From: Pseudomonadales bacterium
GTDB lineage: Bacteria > Pseudomonadota > Gammaproteobacteria > Pseudomonadales > Pseudohongiellaceae
Direction of reading: 5' to 3'
Assembly: GCA_023257655.1 (NCBI GenBank)
Contig: JALRBQ010000082.1
Location: forward strand, 5,466-69,465
Length of the DNA: 64,000 nt
The notes below the pieces were generated by a model. The model had not been told where the DNA came from. It saw nothing but the letters and a program-made list of their open reading frames with translations, and searched no databases. A program made the translations under genes and the position numbers. Numbering within the stretch: the first letter of the stretch is position 1; every line of letters begins with the position of its first letter. Shown here in pieces: positions 47,855 through 55,990 of this stretch.

Positions 47855-49189
47855 GTGTCGCTAATCCAGTCAGATCGACGTCATTCCCTCGCGGCCATGC
47901 TCGAAGGCTACGATTGCCCCGCCATTCTGGTATCGGCAGAGTACGCGATCCTCGCCTACAACCGGCAGTACGAAACCGCTTTCGGCCGTATCGACGTGGA
48001 GCAGTCCCCTCGGTGTTTCGCGGTATCCCACGGTTACACAGCACCCTGTGACGAATCCGGCGAAGACTGTCCGCTGGGCGCGGCGCGTAAATCCGGTCAC
48101 AAGGAACGTGTGCTGCACATTCACCAGACACCACGCGGCAAGGAACATGTGGATGTCGAGATGCTGCCGATCTATGGCAACGACGGGGAACTGGCTTACT
48201 TTGTCGAATTGCTGCGACCGGTGCCGCTGGCCAGTGGCGTCAATACCAATCAGGAACTGGTCGGGAAAAGCCCCGCGTTTAACCAGATGCTGGCGAAGAT
48301 TGCCCGCGTGGGACCGACCGAAGCGACGGCACTGCTGCTGGGGGAGTCAGGCACCGGCAAGGAGCTGGCGGCACGGGCCATCCACATGGCGAGTCTCCGC
48401 AAGCACAAACCCCTGGTGACACTCGAGTGTTCTGGCCTGTCGGATGCCCTGTTTGAGAGTGAGTTGTTTGGGCATGTGAAAGGCGCATTCACCGGGGCCC
48501 AGTACAACAAGAAGGGTCTGGTTGAGCTCGCCGATGGCGGCACCCTGTTCCTGGATGAGTTGGGTGATATTCCACTGTCGATACAGGTGAAGTTGCTGCG
48601 TCTGCTGGAAACGGGCACGTTTCGTCCGGTCGGCAGTGTGGAAGTACGTACCTCGAGCTTCCGCCTGATCTGTGCCACGCACCGCAATCTGTTGCAGATG
48701 GTGAATGAAGAGCGCTTTCGCAACGACCTGTACTACAGGATCAACGTCTATCCGATTCATATTCCGGCCCTGCGCGAACGGGCCGAGGATATCCCGCTGC
48801 TGAGCAGAGCCATTCTCGATCGCTTGCCGGGCGGTAAAAAGCTGAAGCTGACCGCCAGTGCCCATCAGGCCCTGGGACGGTATCGCTTTCCGGGCAATAT
48901 TCGCGAGCTGCGCAACCTGCTGAATCGGGCACTGGTGATGGCGGACTCTGATCCAATCGATGGTGACCTGATCGCACGTTGTCTCGCCGAAGACACGGTT
49001 GTCGATGCTGTTTCGGGTGACTGGCCCGAGGCCACCCAGAAAGCAGACGATGTTGGCGAATGGCCATCCCTGCAAACCAATGAAAAGCGTTATGTTGAGC
49101 GCGTGCTGCAGGCCCACGGTGGAAACAAGGAGGTGGCGGCGCGGGTGTTGGGAATAAGTCCGCGGTCGCTGTATCGCAAGCTGCAGTGA
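47855..49189 (+). CDS. Sigma-54-dependent enhancer-binding protein with Cys-rich PAS-like N-terminal sensor (no receiver domain)
   Basis: AAA+ motifs GESGTGKELAARAIH, ESELFGHVKGAFTGA, GNIRELRN. C-terminal Fis-type HTH AARVLGISPRSLYRKL. N-terminal Cys21, Cys54-x10-Cys65-x6-Cys72. GTG 47855; an alternative ATG lies at 47897. Confidence 0.85.
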   Translation: MSLIQSDRRHSLAAMLEGYDCPAILVSAEYAILAYNRQYETAFGRIDVEQSPRCFAVSHGYTAPCDESGEDCPLGAARKSGHKERVLHIHQTPRGKEHVDVEMLPIYGNDGELAYFVELLRPVPLASGVNTNQELVGKSPAFNQMLAKIARVGPTEATALLLGESGTGKELAARAIHMASLRKHKPLVTLECSGLSDALFESELFGHVKGAFTGAQYNKKGLVELADGGTLFLDELGDIPLSIQVKLLRLLETGTFRPVGSVEVRTSSFRLICATHRNLLQMVNEERFRNDLYYRINVYPIHIPALRERAEDIPLLSRAILDRLPGGKKLKLTASAHQALGRYRFPGNIRELRNLLNRALVMADSDPIDGDLIARCLAEDTVVDAVSGDWPEATQKADDVGEWPSLQTNEKRYVERVLQAHGGNKEVAARVLGISPRSLYRKLQ

Positions 49190-49195
49190 GTCGAG

Positions 49196-49750
49196 CTAGC
49201 CGTGCGGGTTCGTCGGCGGCTGGAAGCGGGGATCCGGGGTGAACTCGGCTTTAAAGCGTTTGAAGTTTCTCACGTAAGTCTCGGCGCTCGCCAGCAGCCC
49301 CTTCTGCTGTTCTTCGCTCAATTGTTTCACGACCTTGCCTGGCGAACCCATAACGAGTGAGCCATCGGGTATCTCCTTGCCCTCGGTAATCAGCGTGTTC
49401 GCGCCAATCAAACAGTTGCGGCCGATCTTCGCGCCGTTGAGGATTACCGCGTTGATGCCAATCAGCGAGTTGTCGCCGATGGTGCAACCGTGCAGCATCA
49501 CCTTGTGTCCCACCGTTACGTTGCGACCGATCGTGAGGGGATAATCCCAGTCGGTATGTAGCACCGAGCCGTCCTGGATGTTCGAATTTTCGCCGATGGT
49601 GATCAGCGCATTATCACCGCGCAAGACTGCGTTAAACCAGATGCTGGCATTGTTCTCGAGCACCACGGCACCCAGCACTGTGGCATTGTCGGCGACGAAA
49701 AAATCCTCGCCGCGAATCTCGACCTGCTTGTCCCCGAGCGTATAGATCAT
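49196..49750 (-). CDS. Gamma-carbonic-anhydrase-like / hexapeptide-repeat (LbH) protein
   Basis: 184 aa. Left-handed beta-helix repeats. [10 protein letters not shown]...[10 protein letters not shown] pattern. Confidence 0.85.
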   Translation of the reverse strand: MIYTLGDKQVEIRGEDFFVADNATVLGAVVLENNASIWFNAVLRGDNALITIGENSNIQDGSVLHTDWDYPLTIGRNVTVGHKVMLHGCTIGDNSLIGINAVILNGAKIGRNCLIGANTLITEGKEIPDGSLVMGSPGKVVKQLSEEQQKGLLASAETYVRNFKRFKAEFTPDPRFQPPTNPHG

Positions 49751-49760
49751 GGTGTTATCC

Positions 49761-49838
49761 GTCTTTTCTGGTCTTTCCTAGTCTTTCCTGGTCTTTCTTG
49801 GTCTTTCTTGCTTGCTTCGTCTTTCCTGGTCGGTCCTG
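49761..49838. repeat. Seven copies of 10-bp tandem repeat GTCTTTCCTG (minus strand CAGGAAAGAC) in the leader of the gamma-CA-like gene
   Basis: Read directly: five in-phase copies at 49761-49810, an 8-nt interruption, then two more copies at 49819-49838. The array starts 11 nt upstream of the ATG. Confidence 0.9.
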
Positions 49839-49904
49839 CGTCGCTCTTGCGTGATTGCAGCGTCGCTGTGGGGCCCGACAAGTGTGTTCGCGTTATCTGA
49901 GCGC

Positions 49905-49940
49905 AATAAAAAGCCGGAGAGACGCGACATCTCTCCGGCT
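49905..49940 (-). terminator. Rho-independent terminator of the NHL-repeat gene
   Basis: On the minus strand: AGCCGGAGAG-atgtcgcgt-CTCTCCGGCT followed by TTTTATT, 11 nt after the stop. Confidence 0.85.
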
Positions 49941-49950
49941 TCGGGTGTCG

Positions 49951-51123
49951 CTAGCGCTTTGAGTATTTCGTGAACGCGCCGCCGGCCTGACTCAGCGAGT
50001 TCGGGCCTTCTGCTGCATACACGTTGCCATCGGCGTCGACGGCAATACCTTCACCCGCGGTGCCTTGCTCAAGGCGATCCTCGCGTGGGAAGGGCGGAAT
50101 ATAACCGGTCACAACGTCCTCGTGGATGGAACCGATACGGACCCCATCACGCCAGTTAGGGTGACTTGTCGGGCTGGACTCGGAGTCGATTGCGTAGAGC
50201 ATGTCATCGGCAGTGATGAACAGGCCGCTGATGCGGCTGAACTGATAGCGTGACTCCAGGTAGTTGCCTTCCTGATCGAAGATTTCGATGCGGTGATTGC
50301 CGCGGTCGGCGACCCACAGGCGACCCTGGGAGTCGAACTCCATCGCGTGCGGCGTGCGGAACTCGCCATGACGCACACCAATCTGGCCCCACTGCTTGAT
50401 GAAGGTGCCATCCGGGGTGAACTTCATGATGCGTGAGGTATCGCCGTTGGCGCGGCCTTCTTCCATCTCGCGCATGGAGATCATGCCCTGGGCGTTATGG
50501 CCGTCGGAGACATAGATGGAGCCGTCCGGGCCGACGATAACATCATTGGGTTGGTTGAAGTGGCTGGAATCATTACCGGCCTGGCCTGCGGTGCCAAGAC
50601 TCATCAACAGCTCACCGGTCGGGCTGAACTTGTGTACCTGGTGTCCCTTGGTGCCGGCTTCATTGGCGGCGAAGTCGGTGACCCAGACATTGCCTTCACT
50701 GTCGGCGTGGATGCCATGAGGAGTCATGAAGATACCGGCGCCGAAATTGGCCAGCACATGACCGTCATGATCGAACTTGAAGATGGGGTCGACCAGATTG
50801 GTATCGCAGTTGACCGGTACGCCGGCGCCGAAGTTACCAGCGCCACAGCGTTCATAACCCCAGATCATGCCATCGGTGGGATCGATATCGAGCCCCGCCG
50901 TGGAGCCCCAATTACGGCCCGCGGGCAGGTCACCCCAGTTCTGGGTGACGACCGGATTTGGGTTGGGAATGCCCTCGCCAGTGATTGTATTGCCGGCCAC
51001 CATGACCGGTGCCGGCGCGGGTGCTGCCGCCGTGGCGACAGTGCCTACCGAGCTGTCTTCGCTGCAACCCGCCAGCAAGGCGGTAAGGCAGGCAGATGTT
51101 AAGAGAATGCGTGAGGGTGACAT
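49951..51123 (-). CDS. NHL-repeat beta-propeller lipoprotein (peptidyl-alpha-hydroxyglycine-lyase-like)
   Basis: Start trimmed to ATG 51123 (AAGGAG SD). Lipobox LLAGC. Repeated NHL-type blades (VWVTD, IYVSDG, LWVADRGNHRIEIFD). Confidence 0.75.
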   Translation of the reverse strand: MSPSRILLTSACLTALLAGCSEDSSVGTVATAAAPAPAPVMVAGNTITGEGIPNPNPVVTQNWGDLPAGRNWGSTAGLDIDPTDGMIWGYERCGAGNFGAGVPVNCDTNLVDPIFKFDHDGHVLANFGAGIFMTPHGIHADSEGNVWVTDFAANEAGTKGHQVHKFSPTGELLMSLGTAGQAGNDSSHFNQPNDVIVGPDGSIYVSDGHNAQGMISMREMEEGRANGDTSRIMKFTPDGTFIKQWGQIGVRHGEFRTPHAMEFDSQGRLWVADRGNHRIEIFDQEGNYLESRYQFSRISGLFITADDMLYAIDSESSPTSHPNWRDGVRIGSIHEDVVTGYIPPFPREDRLEQGTAGEGIAVDADGNVYAAEGPNSLSQAGGAFTKYSKR

Positions 51124-51312
51124 GGGAGCTCCTTTATTCAAATTGGTTGTAGAGCGAAAACGTGATCCCAGAGGATAAAAGCTATCGGGACACAAGTCCA
51201 CCGAACTTGGAAGCGCAACCTGAACGTCCTGCGCTTCTCGCGAAACCGGTGCCCGCGGCCCGGGTGACAGGCCGGTGGACTTGGTACCGGTAAGCCCTTA
51301 TTCTGCGAGCCA

Positions 51313-52095
51313 ATGCGCCTAATTCCTGCCCTGATTGCTCTTGGCTGCCTGCTCACCGCGGCAGTCCCCGTCTTCGCCGATGCGGTCGACCGCGAGGCGG
51401 TGCTGCGGGCGATACAGAAGCCGGGCAGGCTCGAGGCTGATATTGAGCGGGACGGGCGCAGCCACCCGGAGGCAGTGATACCGTTGTTGAATCTGGAAAC
51501 CGGCGATCGTGTCGTCGATCTGTTCGGCAGCGGCGGCTATTACGCCGAGCTGCTGGCAAGCGTTGTGGGTCCGTCGGGAGAAGTCGTCCTGCACAATAAT
51601 CCCGGTTTCGAGGCCTGGGGCATCAACGGTCTCAACGACCGTTTCAATAATCGCGATCCGGGTAACATCGACCGACATACGCGCAGCGGCATTAATCTCG
51701 ATCTGGGGCCGGAATCCCTGAATGCGGCACTGGTGGTGATGGCCTTCCACGATCTCTATGTCGTGCCGAAACGCTACAACGGCGAGGAATATGTGCCGGT
51801 AGGCAATCCGGCCAACGTCGGCTACTTTCTCGAACAGGTGTTTGCCGCCTTGAAACTCGGAAGTCGCTTCGTGGTCGTCGACCACGCAGGCGAGCCGGGC
51901 TCTGAGACTGAGCTGGTTGCCGACTTGCATCGCATCATCGAGAATTTTGCGCGGCAGGAGATCGAAGCGCGCGGTTTCCACTATGTCACCAGCAGTGATG
52001 CCCTGCGTAATCCTGAGGACGATCGCAATCGCATTGTGTTTGACGAAGACCTGCAGGGTCATACCGACCGGTTTGTGCTAGTGTTCGAAAAATGA
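51313..52095 (+). CDS. Signal-peptide-bearing class I methyltransferase-fold protein (paralog of 45389..46153)
   Basis: Signal ...AAVPVFADA. Motif VVDLFGSGGYYAELL. Confidence 0.7.
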   Translation: MRLIPALIALGCLLTAAVPVFADAVDREAVLRAIQKPGRLEADIERDGRSHPEAVIPLLNLETGDRVVDLFGSGGYYAELLASVVGPSGEVVLHNNPGFEAWGINGLNDRFNNRDPGNIDRHTRSGINLDLGPESLNAALVVMAFHDLYVVPKRYNGEEYVPVGNPANVGYFLEQVFAALKLGSRFVVVDHAGEPGSETELVADLHRIIENFARQEIEARGFHYVTSSDALRNPEDDRNRIVFDEDLQGHTDRFVLVFEK

Positions 52096-52261
52096 AAACG
52101 CCGGATCGCGGCACGGTGCGAGCTTGCATCAGCTGAGTGAGAGACACTCTGATCCTAAAACCTAACTCACGCAAACAATGTCCTGAACAAAGTAAAGAAA
52201 CACGATCAAATCAACAACCAAACTGTCTGAATACAAACGGCAATAACAACAGGAGCACACC

Positions 52262-52720
52262 ATGCGCAGACTTCTTTTCACGTTACTAATCGGGCTGGGA
52301 TTCGCCAGTCTGGCCTCGGCTCAGGATGCCCCCGCGCCCTGTGGACCAGCTGGTCAACTTACCGCAGAGTATTCCCGCAATGTGGCCGCCGATTCGCGCT
52401 GCTTCGAATTGCGCATGTATACCGCCGCGCCAATGCAGGACGGCAAGGGCGGCATCGATAACCTGCACCAGCGCTTCCGTGAGAAAGAGATTGCAATCTT
52501 CGAGAAGCTGGGCGCCGAGGTGATGGCCGTGTGGCAACGCATGGATGACCCGAATACGCTGGTGTGGATGCTGTCTTATCGGGACCGCGCCCATCGCGAA
52601 GAAGTGTGGGCGGCGTTCCGTACCGATCCCGAGTGGCTGGAACTGCGCCAGAAGTACGATGTTCCGATTACTGCCAACACGTTCCTGATGAGTGCGGCGG
52701 ACTACTCAAAACTGAAATAG
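52262..52720 (+). CDS. Exported NIPSNAP-domain protein
   Basis: AGGAG SD, signal ...FASLASAQD. CFELRMYT...FEKLGAEVMAVWQ...LVWMLSYRDRAHRE pattern. Confidence 0.7.
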   Translation: MRRLLFTLLIGLGFASLASAQDAPAPCGPAGQLTAEYSRNVAADSRCFELRMYTAAPMQDGKGGIDNLHQRFREKEIAIFEKLGAEVMAVWQRMDDPNTLVWMLSYRDRAHREEVWAAFRTDPEWLELRQKYDVPITANTFLMSAADYSKLK

Positions 52721-52779
52721 GCACACGCTGTGAGACGGCGGGAGGGGCGGTGGCACGCGACGCTGCCGCCGCTCCGGCT

Positions 52780-53037
52780 CTATTCTGTCAGCTTGTTATA
52801 GAGTGTCGCGGTCAGCCAGGCGACGAGTCCGGCTACCACAGACCACGCGACGAGTCCCACCAGCAGACCCAGTGGATGCATTGACCACTGCCTTTCCTGC
52901 AGATCCATGTGCATCATGTTGCCGCCCGCCATCATCGTCATTTCCGGCAAGGAAAACGCGAGTAAGGAGCAGATGACCCAGACCAAGGCGAAGGTGCCCG
53001 CGGCGGCCAATCCCAGGGCTTTGGCATTGAGTTTCAT
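52780..53037 (-). CDS. Small (85 aa) two-to-three-helix membrane protein of unknown function
   Basis: Start trimmed to ATG 53037 (GAGGAG SD). The hydrophobic segments flank a Met-rich loop MTMMAGGNMMHMD. Confidence 0.6.
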   Translation of the reverse strand: MKLNAKALGLAAAGTFALVWVICSLLAFSLPEMTMMAGGNMMHMDLQERQWSMHPLGLLVGLVAWSVVAGLVAWLTATLYNKLTE

Positions 53038-53441
53038 AATCAGGCTCCTCGTTCTTTGGCGGCAAGCTTTGGCGAAAGGCTTTGACTGTAAAAAGTGAGT
53101 GATGTGCGTCGCGACATCCGCCAGCAAGTAGTGCTCAAATCCTGCCCATGACTGTGTGGTACCTCTGCACTAGCGCTTCACTATGAGTTCCATCCGCCTG
53201 TGCCATGTTGATCGACATCAAGCCCCGCGGGATTTTGTCCTTGCCGGCACCGGCTGTCTCTGGTGGCGTACTGATTATTTCAATTCAATTACAGTCGTTG
53301 TGATGTTAGCCTGATCGGCGTTTTCGCCCGTACCCTCAAGAGTAGGTCTCGCCACCGTGATTGTGTTGCCAGCGCCCGCATTGCGTGGCCGTCATAACAC
53401 CCCCAGTCATCCCCATAAGGCGACAGCAAGGCGGGTGCTCC

Positions 53442-53738
53442 GTGGCTGATCGACGCACACTCATTCTCATCATCGGGGTACTCCTGGCTTCTGCTCTGGC
53501 GCCCCTGGGCTCGACCTCGATTGCTGTCGCGATGCCACAGATAGCCCTGTTCATGAACATGGATTCGGGCACGGCTACCCAGCTGCTGGTCGGTGGCTAT
53601 CTGTTGATCTCGGTGATCGGACAGGCCCCTGCGGGCAAGTTGGGAGATATCATCGGCTATCAGAAGGCGCTCTATATCGAATGGGCATTCCACAACGGAA
53701 CATTGAGATTGTTGCAATGCCGGGGGATTACGCGCTAG
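53442..53738 (+). pseudogene. Probable truncated MFS-transporter remnant (first two TM helices only)
   Basis: From GTG 53442: ADRRTLILIIGVLLASALAPLGSTSIAVAMPQIA...LLVGGYLLISVIGQAPAGKLGDIIG resembles an MFS N-terminus. After that the similarity is lost and the ORF stops at 53738. Confidence 0.4.
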
Positions 53739-53746
53739 GCGCGAAT

Positions 53747-53803
53747 CTCGTTCGTTAAATCAAACGCGTTCGTTGAATCAAAAGCGTTCATTGAATCCAA
53801 AAA
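53747..53803. repeat. Three direct repeats of 18-20 bp, CGTTCrTTrAATCmAAA
   Basis: Read directly at 53747-64, 53765-83 and 53784-803. The array abuts the SD/start of the cupin gene. Confidence 0.85.
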
Positions 53804-53806
53804 GGA

Positions 53807-54301
53807 GTGGCTATTATCTCACTCAGACTTCCGCTCTTTCTCACAATCCTGTTGTGCGCGCCGGCTTTGGCGCAAACAGCCGGAGCGCCACCGGCGCCAA
53901 CTGACAAGGCTGTGGATTTTTCCCAGGCCGAGATCGAGGCTGCTGCCGAATTTCTAGCCGCCGAAGGCATCCTCACTAAGCGCCTGTTGGAAGGCGGTGT
54001 GTTCAGTGTCAACGTGCGCCACATTGAGGCCGCGGAGACTGCCCTGCAGCATGGCCGCATTACCGAGGTGTGGGTGGTGCGCGAGGGAGAGGGCCTGCTG
54101 GTGACTGGCGGGACAATCGTGAATGCCGAACCCGGCGCGGGCCCAGGTGAATGGCGCGGCACCGCTATTGCCGGTGGCGTCGAGCGTCAGATCAAAGCCG
54201 GCGACGTCATCTTCATCCCTCCTGGCGTGCCTCACGGCATTCGCCAGACTGCCGCGATCACGTACCTGAATATTCGCTTCGAGGCACGGCAGCCGGACTG
54301 A
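53807..54301 (+). CDS. Exported cupin-domain protein
   Basis: Signal LFLTILLCAPALAQT. Cupin motif GDVIFIPPGVPHG. GTG 53807 directly abuts AAAGGAG, so the true start may be the in-frame ATT/ATC at 53813/53816. Confidence 0.65.
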   Translation: MAIISLRLPLFLTILLCAPALAQTAGAPPAPTDKAVDFSQAEIEAAAEFLAAEGILTKRLLEGGVFSVNVRHIEAAETALQHGRITEVWVVREGEGLLVTGGTIVNAEPGAGPGEWRGTAIAGGVERQIKAGDVIFIPPGVPHGIRQTAAITYLNIRFEARQPD

Positions 54302-55061
54302 CGGCCAGCCGGCGACTGACGAGCGGCGCGGCTATTACACCGAGCAGCGCCAGCGTCCACACGATCACCGCGCCAGTTGGCAAGTCGAACAGGGCTGACA
54401 GCAACAGACCCAGCACGTAACCGAGAATGCCGACCGCCAGCGAGATGAGAAGGCCGCACTGGCCTTTGATTGCGCGTGTCGGCAGGGCAGGAATAATCAG
54501 GCTCGCAAACACCAGATACACTCCCACCAGTTGTACGGATGCGGTGACTGCCACGGCGAACAGCAAATAGAAGCCGGCGTGGCCGATGCGTTCGCGACCC
54601 ACTCCAAACCACACCGCAAGCACCGCCGCATACAGTATTGCGACGTATACCAGCGAGCCGAGATTGACCCAGAGAATCTGCCCGACGAGCAAGTCCTTCA
54701 GCTCCTCGCCCCCATGAGGGTTGTTAGCAAGAAGCAGAATACTGCCGGTCGCGCCGAGGGCAAACAGCACGCCGATCAAGGCTTCCTGTATCTGCGGAAA
54801 TTGCTTCTCGGTCCAGGTCAGCAACACGGCTGCCAGCACGGCTGAGCCGACAGCGGCGGCCTGTACCGCAAATGCCGATTCAAACTCCATCATCGTGGCC
54901 GCGATGACGCCGACGCCGGCCACCTGGGCGATGGCAAGATCGATGAAGATGATGCCACGGCTCAACACCTCACGCCCCAATGGCACGTGGGTCGACAGCA
55001 CGAGCAGACCGGCGAGCAGGGCCGGTCCTAGAATCGTGATATCCAGTCCGTCATAATTCAT
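54258..55061 (-). CDS. Metal ABC-transporter permease (ABC-3 / ZnuB-like)
   Basis: 267 aa, polytopic. ABC-3 family look (LLAGLLV...GIIFIDLAIAQVAG...). The start overlaps the SBP stop (ATGA). The 3' end overlaps the cupin gene's 3' end by 44 nt. Confidence 0.8.
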   Translation of the reverse strand: MNYDGLDITILGPALLAGLLVLSTHVPLGREVLSRGIIFIDLAIAQVAGVGVIAATMMEFESAFAVQAAAVGSAVLAAVLLTWTEKQFPQIQEALIGVLFALGATGSILLLANNPHGGEELKDLLVGQILWVNLGSLVYVAILYAAVLAVWFGVGRERIGHAGFYLLFAVAVTASVQLVGVYLVFASLIIPALPTRAIKGQCGLLISLAVGILGYVLGLLLSALFDLPTGAVIVWTLALLGVIAAPLVSRRLAVSPAAVPRSEYSGT

Positions 55062-55960
55062 CGGTTCACCTCAAGCAGGCGATTGATGATGTCATCGAAC
55101 CAGGCGTAGAGATCGCTGGCCTCGTCGGTGGCACCTACGGTATGGGGGATGACGATATCGGGGATGTCGGTACGGTCCATCAACCAGCTCGCTGCTTTGG
55201 GATTCTGGTAGGAGGCGCGCAGGAATGCCTTGACGTCGCTGGTTTGCACGACGTCCAGCAGACCGGCCAGGTGCGACGCGGTCGGTGGTAAACCGGGTTT
55301 CGGTTCCATCTGGCCGACTTCCCGGATGCCGAGCCAGTCCTCCAGATACACCCAGGCCGAATGATGCACAATGACCTGCATGCCGGCCAGGTTCTCGGCC
55401 TTGGTGCTCCAATTGGCCAGCGCCTTGGTCCAGCGTGCATTGAACGCTGCGAGCCGCTCGTCATAGTAGGCGGCGTTGCCGCTGTCGAGTCGTTGCAGAC
55501 GCTCGGTCAGCGTCGCCGCGATGTGGGGCAAGTTGCGGGGGTCCAGCTGGAAATGCGGATTACCATTGGGGTGGATATCGCCCTCGGCCCGATCGGCGCT
55601 GGTGGGTACATCCAGCAGGCGCACCGATTGCGAGGCATCGAGGAAGCCGTTACTGCCTGGTGCGACGGCGGCGTTGGCCGCCTGCCGCAATAACACCGGT
55701 AACCAGCCAATCTCCAGATTGGCACCGGTGCAGAAGACGAGATCGGCGCGACGCACGCGCGCGAGCAGGCTCGGACGCGCCTGGATGAAGTGGGCGTCCT
55801 GGAATGCGGTGGTGGCACTGAAGGTCGACACCTTATCGCCGCCGATCTCGTCGGCAAGCGCGGCCCACTCAGGCTCGCAGGCAAAGATTTCGACGGCGGC
55901 ATGAACTGGAACGCTGGCAAGAGTCAGTAACGGAACCAGTGCGAGTAAAAGACTTCTCAT
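55058..55960 (-). CDS. Metal ABC-transporter substrate-binding protein (cluster A-I, ZnuA/TroA-like)
   Basis: Signal ...ASVPVHAA. Metal-ligand contexts FQDAHFIQ, NPHFQLDP, VHHSAWVYL. Confidence 0.8.
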   Translation of the reverse strand: MRSLLLALVPLLTLASVPVHAAVEIFACEPEWAALADEIGGDKVSTFSATTAFQDAHFIQARPSLLARVRRADLVFCTGANLEIGWLPVLLRQAANAAVAPGSNGFLDASQSVRLLDVPTSADRAEGDIHPNGNPHFQLDPRNLPHIAATLTERLQRLDSGNAAYYDERLAAFNARWTKALANWSTKAENLAGMQVIVHHSAWVYLEDWLGIREVGQMEPKPGLPPTASHLAGLLDVVQTSDVKAFLRASYQNPKAASWLMDRTDIPDIVIPHTVGATDEASDLYAWFDDIINRLLEVNR

Positions 55961-55990
55961 AATTTTATCCTCACTAATGTCACCGGTTGG

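Noticed and set aside
49761-49838. Possibility that the short tandem repeats in this window (this one, 36383, 36593, 29157) are CRISPR arrays.
   Set aside because: The repeat units are 10-12 bp and directly abutting, with no 25-40-nt unique spacers. No cas genes are in the window.
53289-53717. 142-aa minus-strand ORF opposite the MFS remnant.
   Set aside because: No motifs and no SD. The composition is unlike neighbouring genes, and the + strand frame shows recognisable MFS N-terminal similarity.
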